64,000 nt of DNA, from assembly GCA_965649825.1 (NCBI GenBank), contig OZ287697.1:1162251-1226250 (forward strand), written 5' to 3'. Both the position numbers and the translations under genes were made by a program. This DNA is from Penicillus capitatus (Eukaryota; Plantae; Chlorophyta). The stretch's first letter is position 1. Each line of letters starts with the position of its first letter. Below, one piece after another: positions 49,171 through 61,788 of this stretch. Under the pieces are notes generated by a model. The model did no database searches. It was not told the DNA's origin and saw only the letters and a list, made by a program, of their open reading frames with translations.

Positions 49171-52100
49171 ATGCGACACCCTATCTTTGGTTTGCTGTTG
49201 ACATGCATAGTGTTCAGTGCAAGCGCGAACAGATTTACCTGTCAGAGGCTTTATTTTCGCGGGGGATTGACTGCAGCGACGGCCGAAGATGCTCCGACCG
49301 CGTCGTTTTCGGACAAAAACCCGAACTCGAATCCGTTGACGCTCTCGAAAAGAATGGCTACTGTGCCGCCTCGCGCGACGGAGACTCTTTCGTTCCCGAA
49401 GAAACGCGAGGACGACGCAGCGGATTCGGCCCCCATGTTCCGGACAGGCGAGACTGATGAGAAAGAACGCCCATCCGTTGCTAAGCGAGGCAGGGGTGAG
49501 GGCCGCTCTCTTCGACAAGATGACGGCCTCGACGACGAGGCCCCTGAAAGTGAGACTCCTGTTCTCCTCGAGAGCTCTTTCTTGACGCCGGTGCGTCCTG
49601 TCTTCGCAGGCTTTCCTTGTTCTCTCGGTGACCAAACCATCAGAGAACACCTGAACGAAACGACCAGAACATGGCGCATCAGCCGTTCACTTCTTGATGA
49701 CGTCGAAGATGACATTCAAGTCATTGTCAACTGTACGAAGCCAAGCGACGTCCTCTCCTTCAGTTCGAAGCGCAGAATCCGGCCGTCTTCGCGCGTCGTC
49801 ATAGCATGGCCATTGACGCTGACTTCTACAGTAGACAATTCCGAGGTCGAGGAAGGCGTGTTCCCCCGTTCCGAAGTAAAGGCGGTCTTCACCTGTCCAA
49901 ACAGAAGAGCTGGCGTCTTCTTGGTTAAGTGAGATTTGAACTCTCACATCTGCTGTTGTCTGACGTTGATCTCGCTTTTAGATCGGCGGGGGTTCTTTTC
50001 GCCAATCTGATGTTCGAGGGCTGCCCGTTCGCATCTGGGACTTCTGGATCCATCGTGGAAGTCGGAAACTGTACTTCCAGTCGCATCAGAGGCACAATTC
50101 AGTTCCACCACGTCAGCTTCATGAGTAACACACTGATCAACGGAACGGGACTCGCAATGAAGTCTCCATCTTGTTTTGAGTTGGAGTTGATTGACTTCAT
50201 CGTCGAGAACAACACATGCGATGGTCGTTGCGGTGTCATCTTGTCTAGACGGAATCGACTGAGAGACGTCATCGTTTATCAGAACAAACCGTTTGATGCT
50301 GAGAACACCAACACGACGGTTTTTTATGCGCCTCCTGGATCAGAGACATCAGTGGACCGCATAAACAGCACACAGAACAGATGCATGAGTCTCGAGGTTG
50401 TGGAAGGCTTCTTGAACATGTCAAAGTCAATATTCATTCGGAATTCGATCACGATTGGCCAGAGTGGTACGAGCAGTGCATCTTTGCAGTTGAAGAATGC
50501 AACAGCGTCCATCAAAGATTGCCTGTATCGAAAGAACAAAGCAGGATATGGAGGAGCCATAAGTGTGCAAAAGAACTCATCATGCAACATCGCCGACTGT
50601 CAATTCAACAAGAACAATGCATCCATATCTGGCGGCGCTGTATTCGTCGTGAATTCCGCCCTCTCGGTTCAGAAATGCGACTTTACCGAGGGATCTGCAG
50701 AAAACGGTGGAGGAATATATGCATCCTCTTCAGACATCTCTGTCAAGGAGACCTCCGCATCTGACATGTCTGCACGTGAGGATGGTGGATTCCTCTCCGG
50801 CCAAACTTCCAAGATACGCATGAGAGACTGTTCATTCTTGGACAGCAGAGCTGTTCACGGAGGAGTGCACCAGTGCGAATCTAATTGCACTTTCTCAGAT
50901 AGGGGATCGCGATACTCCAGCAACTCGGCAGACTATGGAGGGAGCATCTACCTCCAAGACAACTCGTCTGGCATCATAACCGACTGCCAGTTCGACAAGA
51001 ACAATGCATCCAGATCTGGTGGTGCTCTACGCATCAAAGGCTCTGTGTTGTCGATCCGGAAGTGCAACTTTACCGAGGGATCTGCAGAAAACGGTGGAGG
51101 AATATATGCATCCTCTTCAGACATCTCTGTCAAGGAGACCTCCGCATCTGACATGTCTGCACGTGAGGATGGTGGATTCCTCTCCGGCCAAACTTCCAAG
51201 ATACGCATGAGAGACTGTTCATTCTCGGACAGCAGGGCTGTTCACGGAGGAGTGCACCAGTGTCAATCTAATTGCAGTTTCTCAGATAGGGGATCGCGAT
51301 ACTCCAGCAACTCGGCAGACTATGGAGGGACCATCTACCTCCAAGACAACTCGTCTGGCATCATAACCGACTGCCAGTTCGACAAGAACAATGCATCCAG
51401 ATCTGGCGGCGCTGTATTCGTCGCAACTTCCGCCCTCTCGGTTCAGAAGTGCGACTTCATCGAGGGATCTGCGGAATACGGTGGAGGAATCTTCGCATAC
51501 TTTTCAAATATATCTGTCAAGGAGACCTCCGCATCTGACCTGTCTGCACGTGAGGATGGTGGATTCCTCTCCGGCCAAACTTCCAAGATACGCATGAGAG
51601 ACTGTTCATTCTCGGACAGCAGAGCTGTTCACGGAGGAGTTCACCAGTGCGAATCTAATTGCACTTTCTCAGATAGGGGATCGCGATACTCCAGCAGCTC
51701 GGCTGACAATGGAGGGAGCATCTCCCTCCAAGACAACTCGTCTGGCATCATGACCGACTGTCAGTTGGAGAAGAACAGTGCGTCAACTGATGGTGGCGCT
51801 GTATACGTCGAAGAATCCATCCTCTCGGTTAAGAAGTGCGTCTTTAACGAGGGATCTGCGGAAAACGGTGGAGGAATATACGCATCCTCTTCAGACATCT
51901 CTGTCGAGGAGACCTCCGCGTCTGACCTTTCTGCAAGTCAGTATGGTGGATTCCTCTCCGGAGAAACTTCAAAGATACGCATGAAGGACTGTTCATTCTT
52001 GGACAGCAGAGCTGTTCACGGAGGAGTGCACCAGTGTCAATCTAATTGCAGTTTCTCAGATAGGGGATCGCGATACTCCAGCAGCTCGGCTGACAATGGA

Positions 52101-55100
52101 GGGAGCATCTCCCTCCAAGACAACTCGTCTGGCATCATAACCGACTGCCAGTTCGACAAGAACAATGCATCCAGATCTGGAGGCGCTGTATTCGTCGCGA
52201 ATTCCGCCCTCTCCGTTAAGAAGTGCGACTTCATCGAGGGATCTGCGAAATACGGTGGAGGAATATATGTATCCTCTTCAAACATCTCTATCCAGAACAC
52301 CGACGCTTTTTACATGTCCGCCAGTGAGCAAGGCGGTGCTGTCTTTCTTTCCAAATCTGTCTTGAAGGTCAGCAGCACCCAGATCTCACAATGCGAGGCA
52401 GGAACCGATGGAGGTGCTATCATGAGCAATGATTCATCAAGGCTGCTCTGCAGTGGCTGTACTCTGGTGGGCAACAAAGCAAGCCGCGGTGGAGCCATAT
52501 TCTTAGAGTACAATGACACTAGATCCATTTCCCTGCAGCTAAACAACAGCAATGTCCTCAACAACTCAGCCGACTATGGAGGTGTTCGTGTCAAGCCTAA
52601 CAAAAGGAGATTCACACTGTTGCGCTTTACTTTTAGGAGGGATCCAAATCGCCGCTGAAATGGAGTCCACATTACAGAACTGTCGGACAGAACTGGATGA
52701 ATGTGGAGTAGCGACTGTGGCGAACACTTTAATGATGAACAACAAAGCAAGGTCGGCAGGCGGCGCTATCTTCATTGACACAGTGGCTGCTCTCCGACTA
52801 CGTTGCTCAGATGAATCGACAGAACACGGAGTGCAATTCTATTCGGAGAAGCAACGGGAATCCATGAAGAGCTTGACATCCATCGATAACATCTGCACAT
52901 CCTGGACAAACAACACAGCTGATAGATACGGACCGGAAGTGGCAACGTTTGTATCCAATGTCCAGAAGAAGATCGTCGATGAAGAGACAGGAGACTCGGA
53001 GTTAGCGGATGGAAGTCCCCTCACGATACACAACCACAGAAGCGGAAAACCAATACCTGCGATTACCCTAATGCCAGTGGATGAACTCGGACAAGGTCCG
53101 GCTGTTGGGGAGAACAATGAAAACATCGAGGCTGTGATGTTTTCAGAAGATGGATTCTTCGTTGGCAGTGTTCGCAAGCCTGTGGGTGTCGAAGGCGCGA
53201 ATTTCAGTGCCATTGGCTTCGTACAGCCTGGCAATTACAACGTTTCAATTGAGTTTGAGGGAGCCGACTTGGAGAGCTTCGAGATCACTGTAGAAGTGAA
53301 GCCGTGTGAAATGGGTGAGGTGTCTTCAGGTAATGGGACATTCTGCGAATCTTGCAATGTCGCCTCCTACAATGTTTCTCCAGAAAAGGACATGGAATGT
53401 CATCCGTGTCCAGACAACGGAAACTGCACCAGTCAAGTCATCTTGCCAGATCGCGGATACTGGCATCAGACACCATGCTCAGAGCGCGTCCAGAGATGTC
53501 TCACAGCAGAAGCCTGTAAGAGGTATAATCGAGAAGATGCGTTACTGGAACACACACAAGATGTACAGAAATGTCAATTCGACGATCAGTACCTGCAGAA
53601 GTACACAGAAGCGCAGTGCAGAGAGGCGAGCACCGGGTTTGTCTGAATTCTTCATCAAGTTCGTCTGGTTCTCAGGGGCATGAAGGGCCACTTTGCGGTT
53701 CATGCAATGCCACGTATGGCAAATCTCACTCTCATCTCTGTGAAGAATGTCGATCGGACGGTGCTGATGTCGTCTTAGTCATTCTGTCATTTCTTGTTCT
53801 GATGGGGTTGTCCGGCATCACCATTAGAAGCAACCTCATCTCTGTTTTTTCATCGAAGCAACAAACACAAGCTACTCAGTTATCTACTGCCTCCACCAGC
53901 ACCCACACGTTACCATCCGAGAGGAGAATCGAACTGAAAGTTATGGAAGAGGGCAGAGAAGAAGGATCGACTCCCGAGCACAGTCAAGAAGCTGATCGTG
54001 ATCAATCTTCTGAAGACGCAGAGCTTGTCAAATGGAAGGCGATTGAGATCTTTAAGGTCATCACCTTCTCTGTTGCCTGTCGTGCCTATTCATCTAACTG
54101 TTCTGCAGAACACAGTGAACTTTCTGCAGGTCACAGCCATAGCTGTGGCAATCGATGCTCAGTGGACATTCACACTGATCGCACTTTTCCAGACTGCAGG
54201 TGACTGAAAGACAACTCTATCAGACAGTCTCATGACACGAGCTGTGTTCTGCAGAGTTCGTCAGTGCCATAACATCAGAAGCTGTAAATCAATCCGTCGA
54301 CTGCCTTATCCCAGCAGAAGCTTCTCTGCATCGTTCAATCGCCGGTACACTGGTGGATGTATTGCAGCCGTTTGCGTGCACCCTTGTCTTTGCTGTTTTC
54401 TGGCTAGTGATCAAGATCAGAAGCGACAAGCCTTTGATGTACATGTTGAAGCAGTGTGTTCTTAGTGCACTCGTTGTCTGTTATATCAGCTACATCTCCA
54501 TCACCAAGACACTCGTCAACATCCTCAACTGCGTCGAGGTCCATGATTCAAAGCTGGTTGGGATTGATGACACAACAGTTTACTGGACAGTGGACACCAG
54601 CGTTGAGTGTTACGAAGGATCCCATGCTGCCTTGGCTTTTTTGTTGGCATGGCCATTTCTCTTCATCTTCACCCTTGGATTTCCCCTGGCGATCGCATAC
54701 CTCATCGGTAAAAATGTGACAGAGGATTACAAGGATGGATGGATCTATGCCGTCGCCGGTTTCGTCTACCGATCCTACAGCAAGAAGTACATTTTCTGGG
54801 AGTCTGTGATCATGTCCAGGAAAGCAATCCTCGCAGTCGTGGTTGTCTTCTCGTACGAGCTGGGTGCCAACATCCAGGCTGTTCTGGCCTCCTTCGTCTT
54901 CATTGTGGCTCTTTATCTTCAAACAACATGTCGTCCTTACCGCAAAGAATTTGATTGTCTTAACGACGTGGAGAGCGCTTCCATTCTGCTTTCCTCGCTT
55001 ACCTTTGTCAGTAGCATCTTTTTCAGTGATGGTCGCGTATCCCATGGGGTTCGTCTGTTTATGAGCGTTTTCCTGTCCTCTGCAAACGTTTTTTTCTTTC

Positions 55101-55309
55101 TCTACCTGTTGGCCCTTTTAGTGAGATTTGCGGCTATGTACCTGAGAAGTGTATTGGTCAGAGAAGGAGTTCACTCCTCGCCAGTAGAAGGCACATTTCG
55201 CATTCTCCGTGCCTATCTTGTCGATTACCTCTTCGCTCGTGCGATAGCTGCCATGATCCGATGGGTCAACAAAGGAAGATCTCGTCGATACGGCCGTTCT
55301 GCAGTTTAA
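49171..55309 (+). CDS. Copy D: beta-helix / Cys-rich / multi-pass membrane receptor-like protein, subfamily 2
   Basis: Eight exons in frame. Intron 1 49550-49609 is 60 nt and stop-free, so the ORF track reads through it. Intron 4 donor is GCGAGC at 53626. The TM exons are nearly identical to copy B. Confidence 0.87.
50590..52290 (+). repeat. About 4.4 tandem copies of a 387-nt (129-aa) beta-helix unit inside copy D
   Basis: The anchor ca(a/g)tt(c/g)(a/g)a.aagaaca recurs at 50601, 50988, 51375, 51762 and 52149 (spacing 387), with long stretches identical between units. Confidence 0.95.
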
Positions 55310-58196
55310 AGTTGCTTTGTCGTTTTCAGATCTCTTTCTGTGTAATGGGAATAAGAAGGTGATTGAAACCTTCTCCCCTTTCAGTGTTTGACTAGTTTTT
55401 GGTATCGTAAGAGGCTATCAACTGTGAATGGAAAGTGTTTAAGTAGAACTATCTCTTTGGTGCGTGATTCAATCGTCGTCCGTCTCGATGAACGGCAATC
55501 GGCGTTTCGTGGATGTAGAGGGACAACAGCAATGATTGCCTGACTCGTAGGAGTGACATCTCGAGATTCTGATTCTACAGAAGCTGAGGAGGAGAATGTT
55601 CCTGACGCTTACTTCATTGCCTATCTGGTTTCGCTCTGATTGAAGGCGAGACGCATGTCTGTCTGTCGAGTCAGACATCTGAGGTACTACAGAAGACTGC
55701 ACTGCATATGAAGAAGATTCTAGAATCGCATCTGAGACGCAAGATCGTGACTGAACGCGAGGACGACGACAGAAGGCCTGCATCGTTGGACATCTCGTTT
55801 TGAAGACAATGAGTTGAGAATCACACGAAAGCACGCAAGGATCACATATGTCCAGCACATGGTATCAATCATAAAGACAATGAGATGATGTGCCCATCGT
55901 CGCACAAGACTCCAGCCCCTGACAGAATGCGAGATCGTTTCGCGTGGAGGGCTCGTCCTTCACAAACCTTCACTCGTTTCCCTTAAGCAACTCCTGTGAG
56001 TTGCTACTGTGTTATCTGTCAGCCAGGTTACGCTACAGAATGACAGCTAGTTCCAGAGTGGCAGCAATGGAGCCTCTCACTATATATGTGCGCCAGAATT
56101 GACGCGGGAGAATGGATCCGCGATGATGATGTTTCTGACAGGCGCACGCACCATGATGCCTCGACCCAACGATGGCAGAGAATTCGAGACACATGGCCGT
56201 GGAACGAGGCATGAGGTCTGGAATTGCTCGCCTTCGAAGTAGACTTCTGCGATTTCGGAATCGACAGGGACGGTGTGCTTACAACGCACACCCTCTACGA
56301 TGACAGCCAACATCAAGACTTCCGCAGCGGAGTTCAAAGGCACAGACAATTCGGGATGGATAGCAGAAGTTTCAAAATTTCGCACGGACATCACTTGTGT
56401 CGTTTTGTTAGAGTACAGCGCACTGAAGCGATTGTCAAGGCCAGTAGATAAAGATCTCATGTATTCGATGTTCTCGAACATCGATAAGAAAACATACGAG
56501 ATGTTAACGCATTACATTTGACGTTATGTAGAACCTGAGATGAAAGAGCCTGCGAAATGATCGTGTATCACAAATAGTGTCCGTTCTTATGTTCGACGTT
56601 CTTTCAAAAACAACCTCATTCTCATTGTTATCGATTGAAAATGCGTTAAGCCATCGCCATAAAGCCACATTGGGATAGCAAGGATTCGTAACTCGAATAG
56701 CTGTGCGGATATCATCGTGATGTGTTTGTTCAGTTGTCGAGACCATTATCAAAGAGATAATATACAATGATGAAAAACGACCTCCGCATTGTTTCATCGT
56801 CGGACATCCCAGTGAATGCAAGGCTGCATATTATCTAAACCATTCATGCGTTTCACTCTGTGAGACGATTATCCTTTAGGTGATAGACAGTGAGTGATGT
56901 GGAGGATGGTATTCTCTTGAGATTAACGCGATAACCCGATTCCTGCATACCACCTTGCTGGAGATGCGAGTGGCTATGGGCGTGGTGCCGTAGCAAACCA
57001 GTTGGACACGTAACGAACCATGTGTGTTGAAATATCGCCGAGGACGACGACGCATGCATGAGCTTCTTTGGCAAAATTTCCGTTGTTGAGCACCTTTTCT
57101 TGTTTCTCTTGAACGCACTGAACTTGAGTTGTTGTTTGACGTGACAGAGAAATGTGGTCTTTGTTGAAGTGGGCGTTGATTGTCTCCGTGTTTCAAAATT
57201 TTTTGCTGGTTCTGGGTGCTGTGGTTCGAACTCGGGTTCATCCGTTCGCTCGACGAATCGACGCGACACACGACAGAGGGGCAGATGCACGACAGGCTTC
57301 GGGATTCTGCCGTCGATTGCCTCTATATAGAGATGTCACGTCATGTCGTCGTAATCATGCGATGGTCTGTAATGAACAGAGAGCGAAATCCTTCGGCGAT
57401 AGTTGGTGTCGAGTTAGCAGCGCTTGAGGTCAGGCGGTTTGTGCTGTTTCCAATGTCATCGGTAGAAAAGAAGTGCTTTAGCTTTAGACAAGATCGGCGC
57501 GATGGATGACGCAAATGCGATCCGGTCTTCCTTCTACAACTCTGTGTTGTGATGTTGTTTGCTTGTTATGACGGGTAACTGAAGTGTCAGACGTGAAGGA
57601 TGTGACAGTCCGCGGGAAAACAGTGAAATGCATAAAGAACTGATGTTGCAGTAGTATTTTGTAAAAGCTAAATGATGGGTTGGCAACAGTCGCCGCGTGA
57701 TCGATAGATTGCTCTTATCGTAGAGGCATGGTACATCTTAGATTTCGACAGTAACAGGCAGAGCACACGAAAGCAGTCATCATTGTAAACGCGATCTACT
57801 TCTTCATCGACCTTGTCATTCAAAGGGCACTGTTTACACACTCGATTGGTGCGAGACGCCTCGCCCGTCTGATCGAGACCAATCGCCGACACAGTGAGTC
57901 GAACACAGACTCAATTCTGCCGTACAAACTTCCTTACTCAATAACGTGTCAGGCGTTTTGAATACTTAATACACCTCCAAAAAATACGTTCCGGCGGATA
58001 AATGGCGACTTCATCACAAGAGATTAGGTGCTGTATTGGCTTGCTATACTCGTAGATTGCTCATCTAGTCTTACTCTTGGCGATGGTCGAGTTTAAACAT
58101 CCGCGTTTGCGTGTTGACGATAGATAATGCTCTTGCACTTTGCACTTTACAGTTTGGCGACACCGCAAGTCGATGATGTTACAAACGGTCAATCTG

Positions 58197-58485
58197 GAGT
58201 TATCGAAACCCGTTAGTCGATTAAACAATCGGGGATGCTTGATTCAATCGATAGTTACGTTAATCGAAAATATGCGCAGCAGAAGCAATTGAAAGGATCG
58301 AAGACAGATCGGTGGATCAAATGGCTTCGATTACTTAAGTATCGCTATTTAAAATTCAATCGACTTCGACGCTTTGCCTAAAAGAGAAACAATCAGGCTG
58401 GATGATGTTAAAAACAATAAAATTTTGAGTTATCGAAACCCGTTAGTCGATTGAACAATCAGGAATACCCGATTCAATCGATCTT
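58197..58485. repeat. About 58-bp imperfect direct repeat, period 230 bp
   Basis: gagttatcgaaacccgttagtcgatt(a/g)aacaatc...gattcaatcgat at 58197 and 58427. Confidence 0.85.
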
Positions 58486-59285
58486 TCCGTTGATAGACAA
58501 TATGTATGTACATCGAAGTTAAACAAATCGATCTCGATCGGAAGGAATCGGAATAGTCGAGCTCGATCGGACGCAATCGGAAGGTCGATCTCGATAATAT
58601 CAAGGTTTAAGATGTGATCGATGTCGAAACCAGCTCCACACAAAGAATCAGTCTTGACAATGTCCGATCTACGCATGATCGTCGATCTTCAGTTCGCGAA
58701 TTTATCATTGTTGCTTCCACGGTCGATCGATAATCGGCCGACGTTTGAATATTTGTTCAAGTAAATGTACGACAATTAGAAATCGATCGTCTAGTTTCCG
58801 ACTAAGTGCTTCGGCAAAAACGCTCAAACGTAATCTTGAAAGGAGAACGTCTAGATCCAAACAATCGCGCTGTTTGTTTGTCGGATGCGACTGCTCACCG
58901 ATTTGACAACTCGTGCTTACACAGATCTTCATGCGCAAACTCCGAACATCACGTGAAGACCGATCCGAAGATCGGCTCTCGTCGGATGCGAGTCCAGCAA
59001 GGAAGTGCGTGGCAACGGTAACTGATGATTAACTGAAGCCTCGACAGCAGAACAGTCAGATTCAGACGCCCAGAAATCCTTATGCGTCACCTCATCTATG
59101 ATAACTAAATCATCACGTCAGCCTCTCGATCGCTCATCCTGTTGCTGACGTGTTCCTCGTACGAGCCGAGCTTCCATCGCTCGATGATGCAAGGCACCGT
59201 CGGCACATCAGAACTCACGACACCATTTCTCGAGCTGTGACGAATGAACCAAGATCCACCTGTGAAACAAACTGTGTATCACGTA

Positions 59286-60438
59286 ACGACCATCCCATCT
59301 TGGAGAAGGCTCCCCGATGAGCGTCTCTATCTGCCAGTCATGCACTTTGAGGAACTCCATCACCAGTTTGCAAGACAGAGCTGTGGCGCGCCCGGCCGCC
59401 TCCGGCCGCTGGCGACCAGTGGCGGCGGGCCGCTTACTCTGGGTGATGCGGTTGATGGGACACTTGCGCAGCGAAAGTCGTTTTCCTTGCGTTCCTGGCC
59501 TCTCTCTACGGTCGAGGGCGTCGTATGCGTTTGCACGCATACGACGTCCTTGGCCGTATCTTCTTTCCATGCATGCGCGTTACACCTGAATCTGCGCGTC
59601 ATGCGACTTCGCGGTTCTCAGCGACGGGTCAGTCGTTCGGGGACTGTCTTCGGCGTTGGATAGTGGGTCTCCGGAGATGCCTTCGTGCCAAGTCTCGACT
59701 CAAGCGACGCCCTCTACGGGAAGTTGCCCGTGTTACAGTGAAGTGGCGCGAACTCGGTTGAGGCGTTCTGCGATGGCGCTTTTGGCGGCGACGGCGTTTT
59801 CTGGCGACGGGGACTCAGGAAACAGGGTTCTGGTAGACTGGGCAGTGCTCACGGCTTTGGGGGCTCGAAATCGAGCAATTCTGAGGCTTGTTCTTGACGT
59901 TGGTAGATTAGAATGCGGCGCGAGTTGTTTTTTAGGTGCGCGCAGTGGATTTATATATAAGAGTAGGCCTTCCGGCCAGATTCGGTGGATGTTCAGCACA
60001 GAGGAGTCATGCGCGTCCTCATTAGAGTGAGGCAAGTGTTTTTGTGGCGCAGAGCGCGTCTAGGTTTTGAATGTCCCATCAGATTCTATGAGATTCTAGT
60101 ATGATGATGGCTGTGATAGAGTGAGAGACATGGTTATGGAAGGATTTGGTAAGAGAATTAGATGCTTACTCAGCATGCAGAACGCAGTGTCATGTCACAT
60201 CACTGTACATAAGGTGCTTCGCCGATTCTCTGTCGTTTTACGCGTCGCGTCGTCGCCACAGCAAAGCACTGAGTCCTCGTCAGCCCGAAGTGCGTAACAA
60301 GAGCTGTGCTTTCTTTCGACTGCGCTACCGCCTTGTAGTCTTCTTCTTTCGTCAGCGATCCTTCGATGAACACCACGCTGCAATTCTTTTATTCCGACTC
60401 TCTCCTCGAGAAGCCCGGTTAGATCACGAGATTCCATG
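59286..60438. mobile_element. About 1.15-kb insertion/deletion polymorphism between paralogous segments; element type unknown
   Basis: The paralogous site at about 32075 (reverse strand) reads actgtgtttcaagtatccgtgg uninterrupted. Here actgtgtatcacgta and gagtatccgtgc are separated by 1.15 kb. There is no transposase ORF, terminal inverted repeat or clear target-site duplication, so a deletion in the other copy is equally possible. Confidence 0.3.
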
Positions 60439-60554
60439 AGTATCCGTGCATACGTCCCGTTGATGGATCGTGGGTTTGGCTCACTTCTCTTAGTTTAATC
60501 TCAACAGCCAGTGCCCGTCGAAAATCCCTCCTTCAAAGGTCTTCTAACCCGGAC

Positions 60555-60965
60555 ATGCAGGTTACGATGCTCGTGTTCACATATGCCGCTTGCTTGATCG
60601 AAGTGTTTGGGAGAGACGGCCGACTAATCGACCGAGTTGCGAGCCACTCTTCCAATTGTGCGCTCTTACAGGCGAGACATTGTTTTGAAAAGAATCTACT
60701 CATGTCTTGTGCAGATTTCTCCGGACGATGAGAGAATGGATGACGGCCATGGCGGATGTCGAAAAAACTGGCACTGCACGAACAAACCTCGAAAGGTCAT
60801 CCGCTCCAACGAGAAATGACTCTTCGCTTGTAAAGGTCCCGACGAAATTGAAGTTTATCAGATTATTCTTCGCAAGCGATCGAGGACCGTGAAATCATCG
60901 TGCACTGAAGACTCGCCGTGGAGTTGACGGCCTCCACAGATGCAGGCAGAATCGTCGACATGGAC
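60555..60965 (+). pseudogene. 5' remnant (signal peptide exon + decayed exon 2) of the same pseudogene lineage as 29880-31960
   Basis: MQVTMLVFTYAACLIEVFGRDGRLIDRVASHSSNCALLQ|gcgaga...gtgcag then a stop-containing exon-2 relic; inverted paralogue of 31555-31960. Confidence 0.65.
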
Positions 60966-61788
60966 ACGCATGCCTTGCCCTTTTCCTGCACGGCCATGTA
61001 AAAGCTCTATAAAGTGTCCATCGACGGATCGTGTTGAAGAGCTCACCGGTGCCATTCATCCAGAGCTTCGTCTTGCTCGTCTGTCCCTTTGGCGCGTCAA
61101 AAAGTCTCTCAACGTATCGAACGAGGGACGGCACGATGTGTTTTCGGCCTCTTGTATCGTTGATTGGCCGCTGTATACTTGCAGAAGCCCAACGATGAAC
61201 AAAGTAAACAAATGAATGCGACGATTAGTGTCTTCGATTCGACTCTCTGTGATCCAGAATGAGCGATACGCCGCGATGAGGTCGATCCGCAACCCGACCT
61301 TCCGACGATTCAGCCGCGCCGCTATGTGCAGTTTAGCAGCTAACCTCGTGGAAAGACAGGTGGGATGAATTCGGTGGTCCGTAGAGACAAGAGTGAGCAT
61401 GCGGAACGCCGACTTCGATGGGAAGGTCGTGCACAAAGGTGTATCGTTCACTGTCGACTGATTTTGTCAAACGATGTCGAAAGAGTTAGGCTGAAAGAAT
61501 CGAAAAAGATGAATCTTCACCGCGGGATCGAAGGACGATTCCTCTATGACCTCCATCCTTTCCAGATGGAAGCAGTAATAATACCGTAAGGAAGACACGC
61601 AAAGGGAAGGAAGCGGGTAGCGGGCGACGAGAGGTGGAATCTCGACATCGCTGCACTCACAGAAATCAGCTCTTTTTAAATTTCAACAGATGGGACAGAC
61701 ACGTTTAGGAAAGACATTCATGTTCAAGGCACAGAGTAAGGAAAACAACAGATGCTGGTCAAAAAGACAGAGCGCAGTCGTCCGATTG

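Larger units (their letters stand above)
47760..56380. repeat. Right arm of the inverted segmental duplication (gene D plus both flanks)
   Basis: Counterpart of 22930-30640; longer mainly because of the extra beta-helix repeats in D. Confidence 0.9.

Noticed and set aside
16629-55309. Bacterial (chlamydial Pmp/autotransporter) genes or recent horizontal transfer
   Set aside because: The genes have seven spliceosomal introns at conserved positions, helical TM segments instead of an autotransporter beta-barrel, and host-like intron motifs. Only the repeat motifs resemble Pmps. An ancient origin cannot be judged here.
16250-55350. TGTAA chlorophyte-type polyadenylation signals
   Set aside because: Present after some genes (about 16256, 44423, 55343) but absent after others, including copy B. 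Too short and inconsistent to call without 3'-end data.
56400-58190. ORFs of 70-145 aa in the unique region after copy D (possible transposase relic)
   Set aside because: I found no recognisable catalytic motif, terminal repeats or consistent exon structure.
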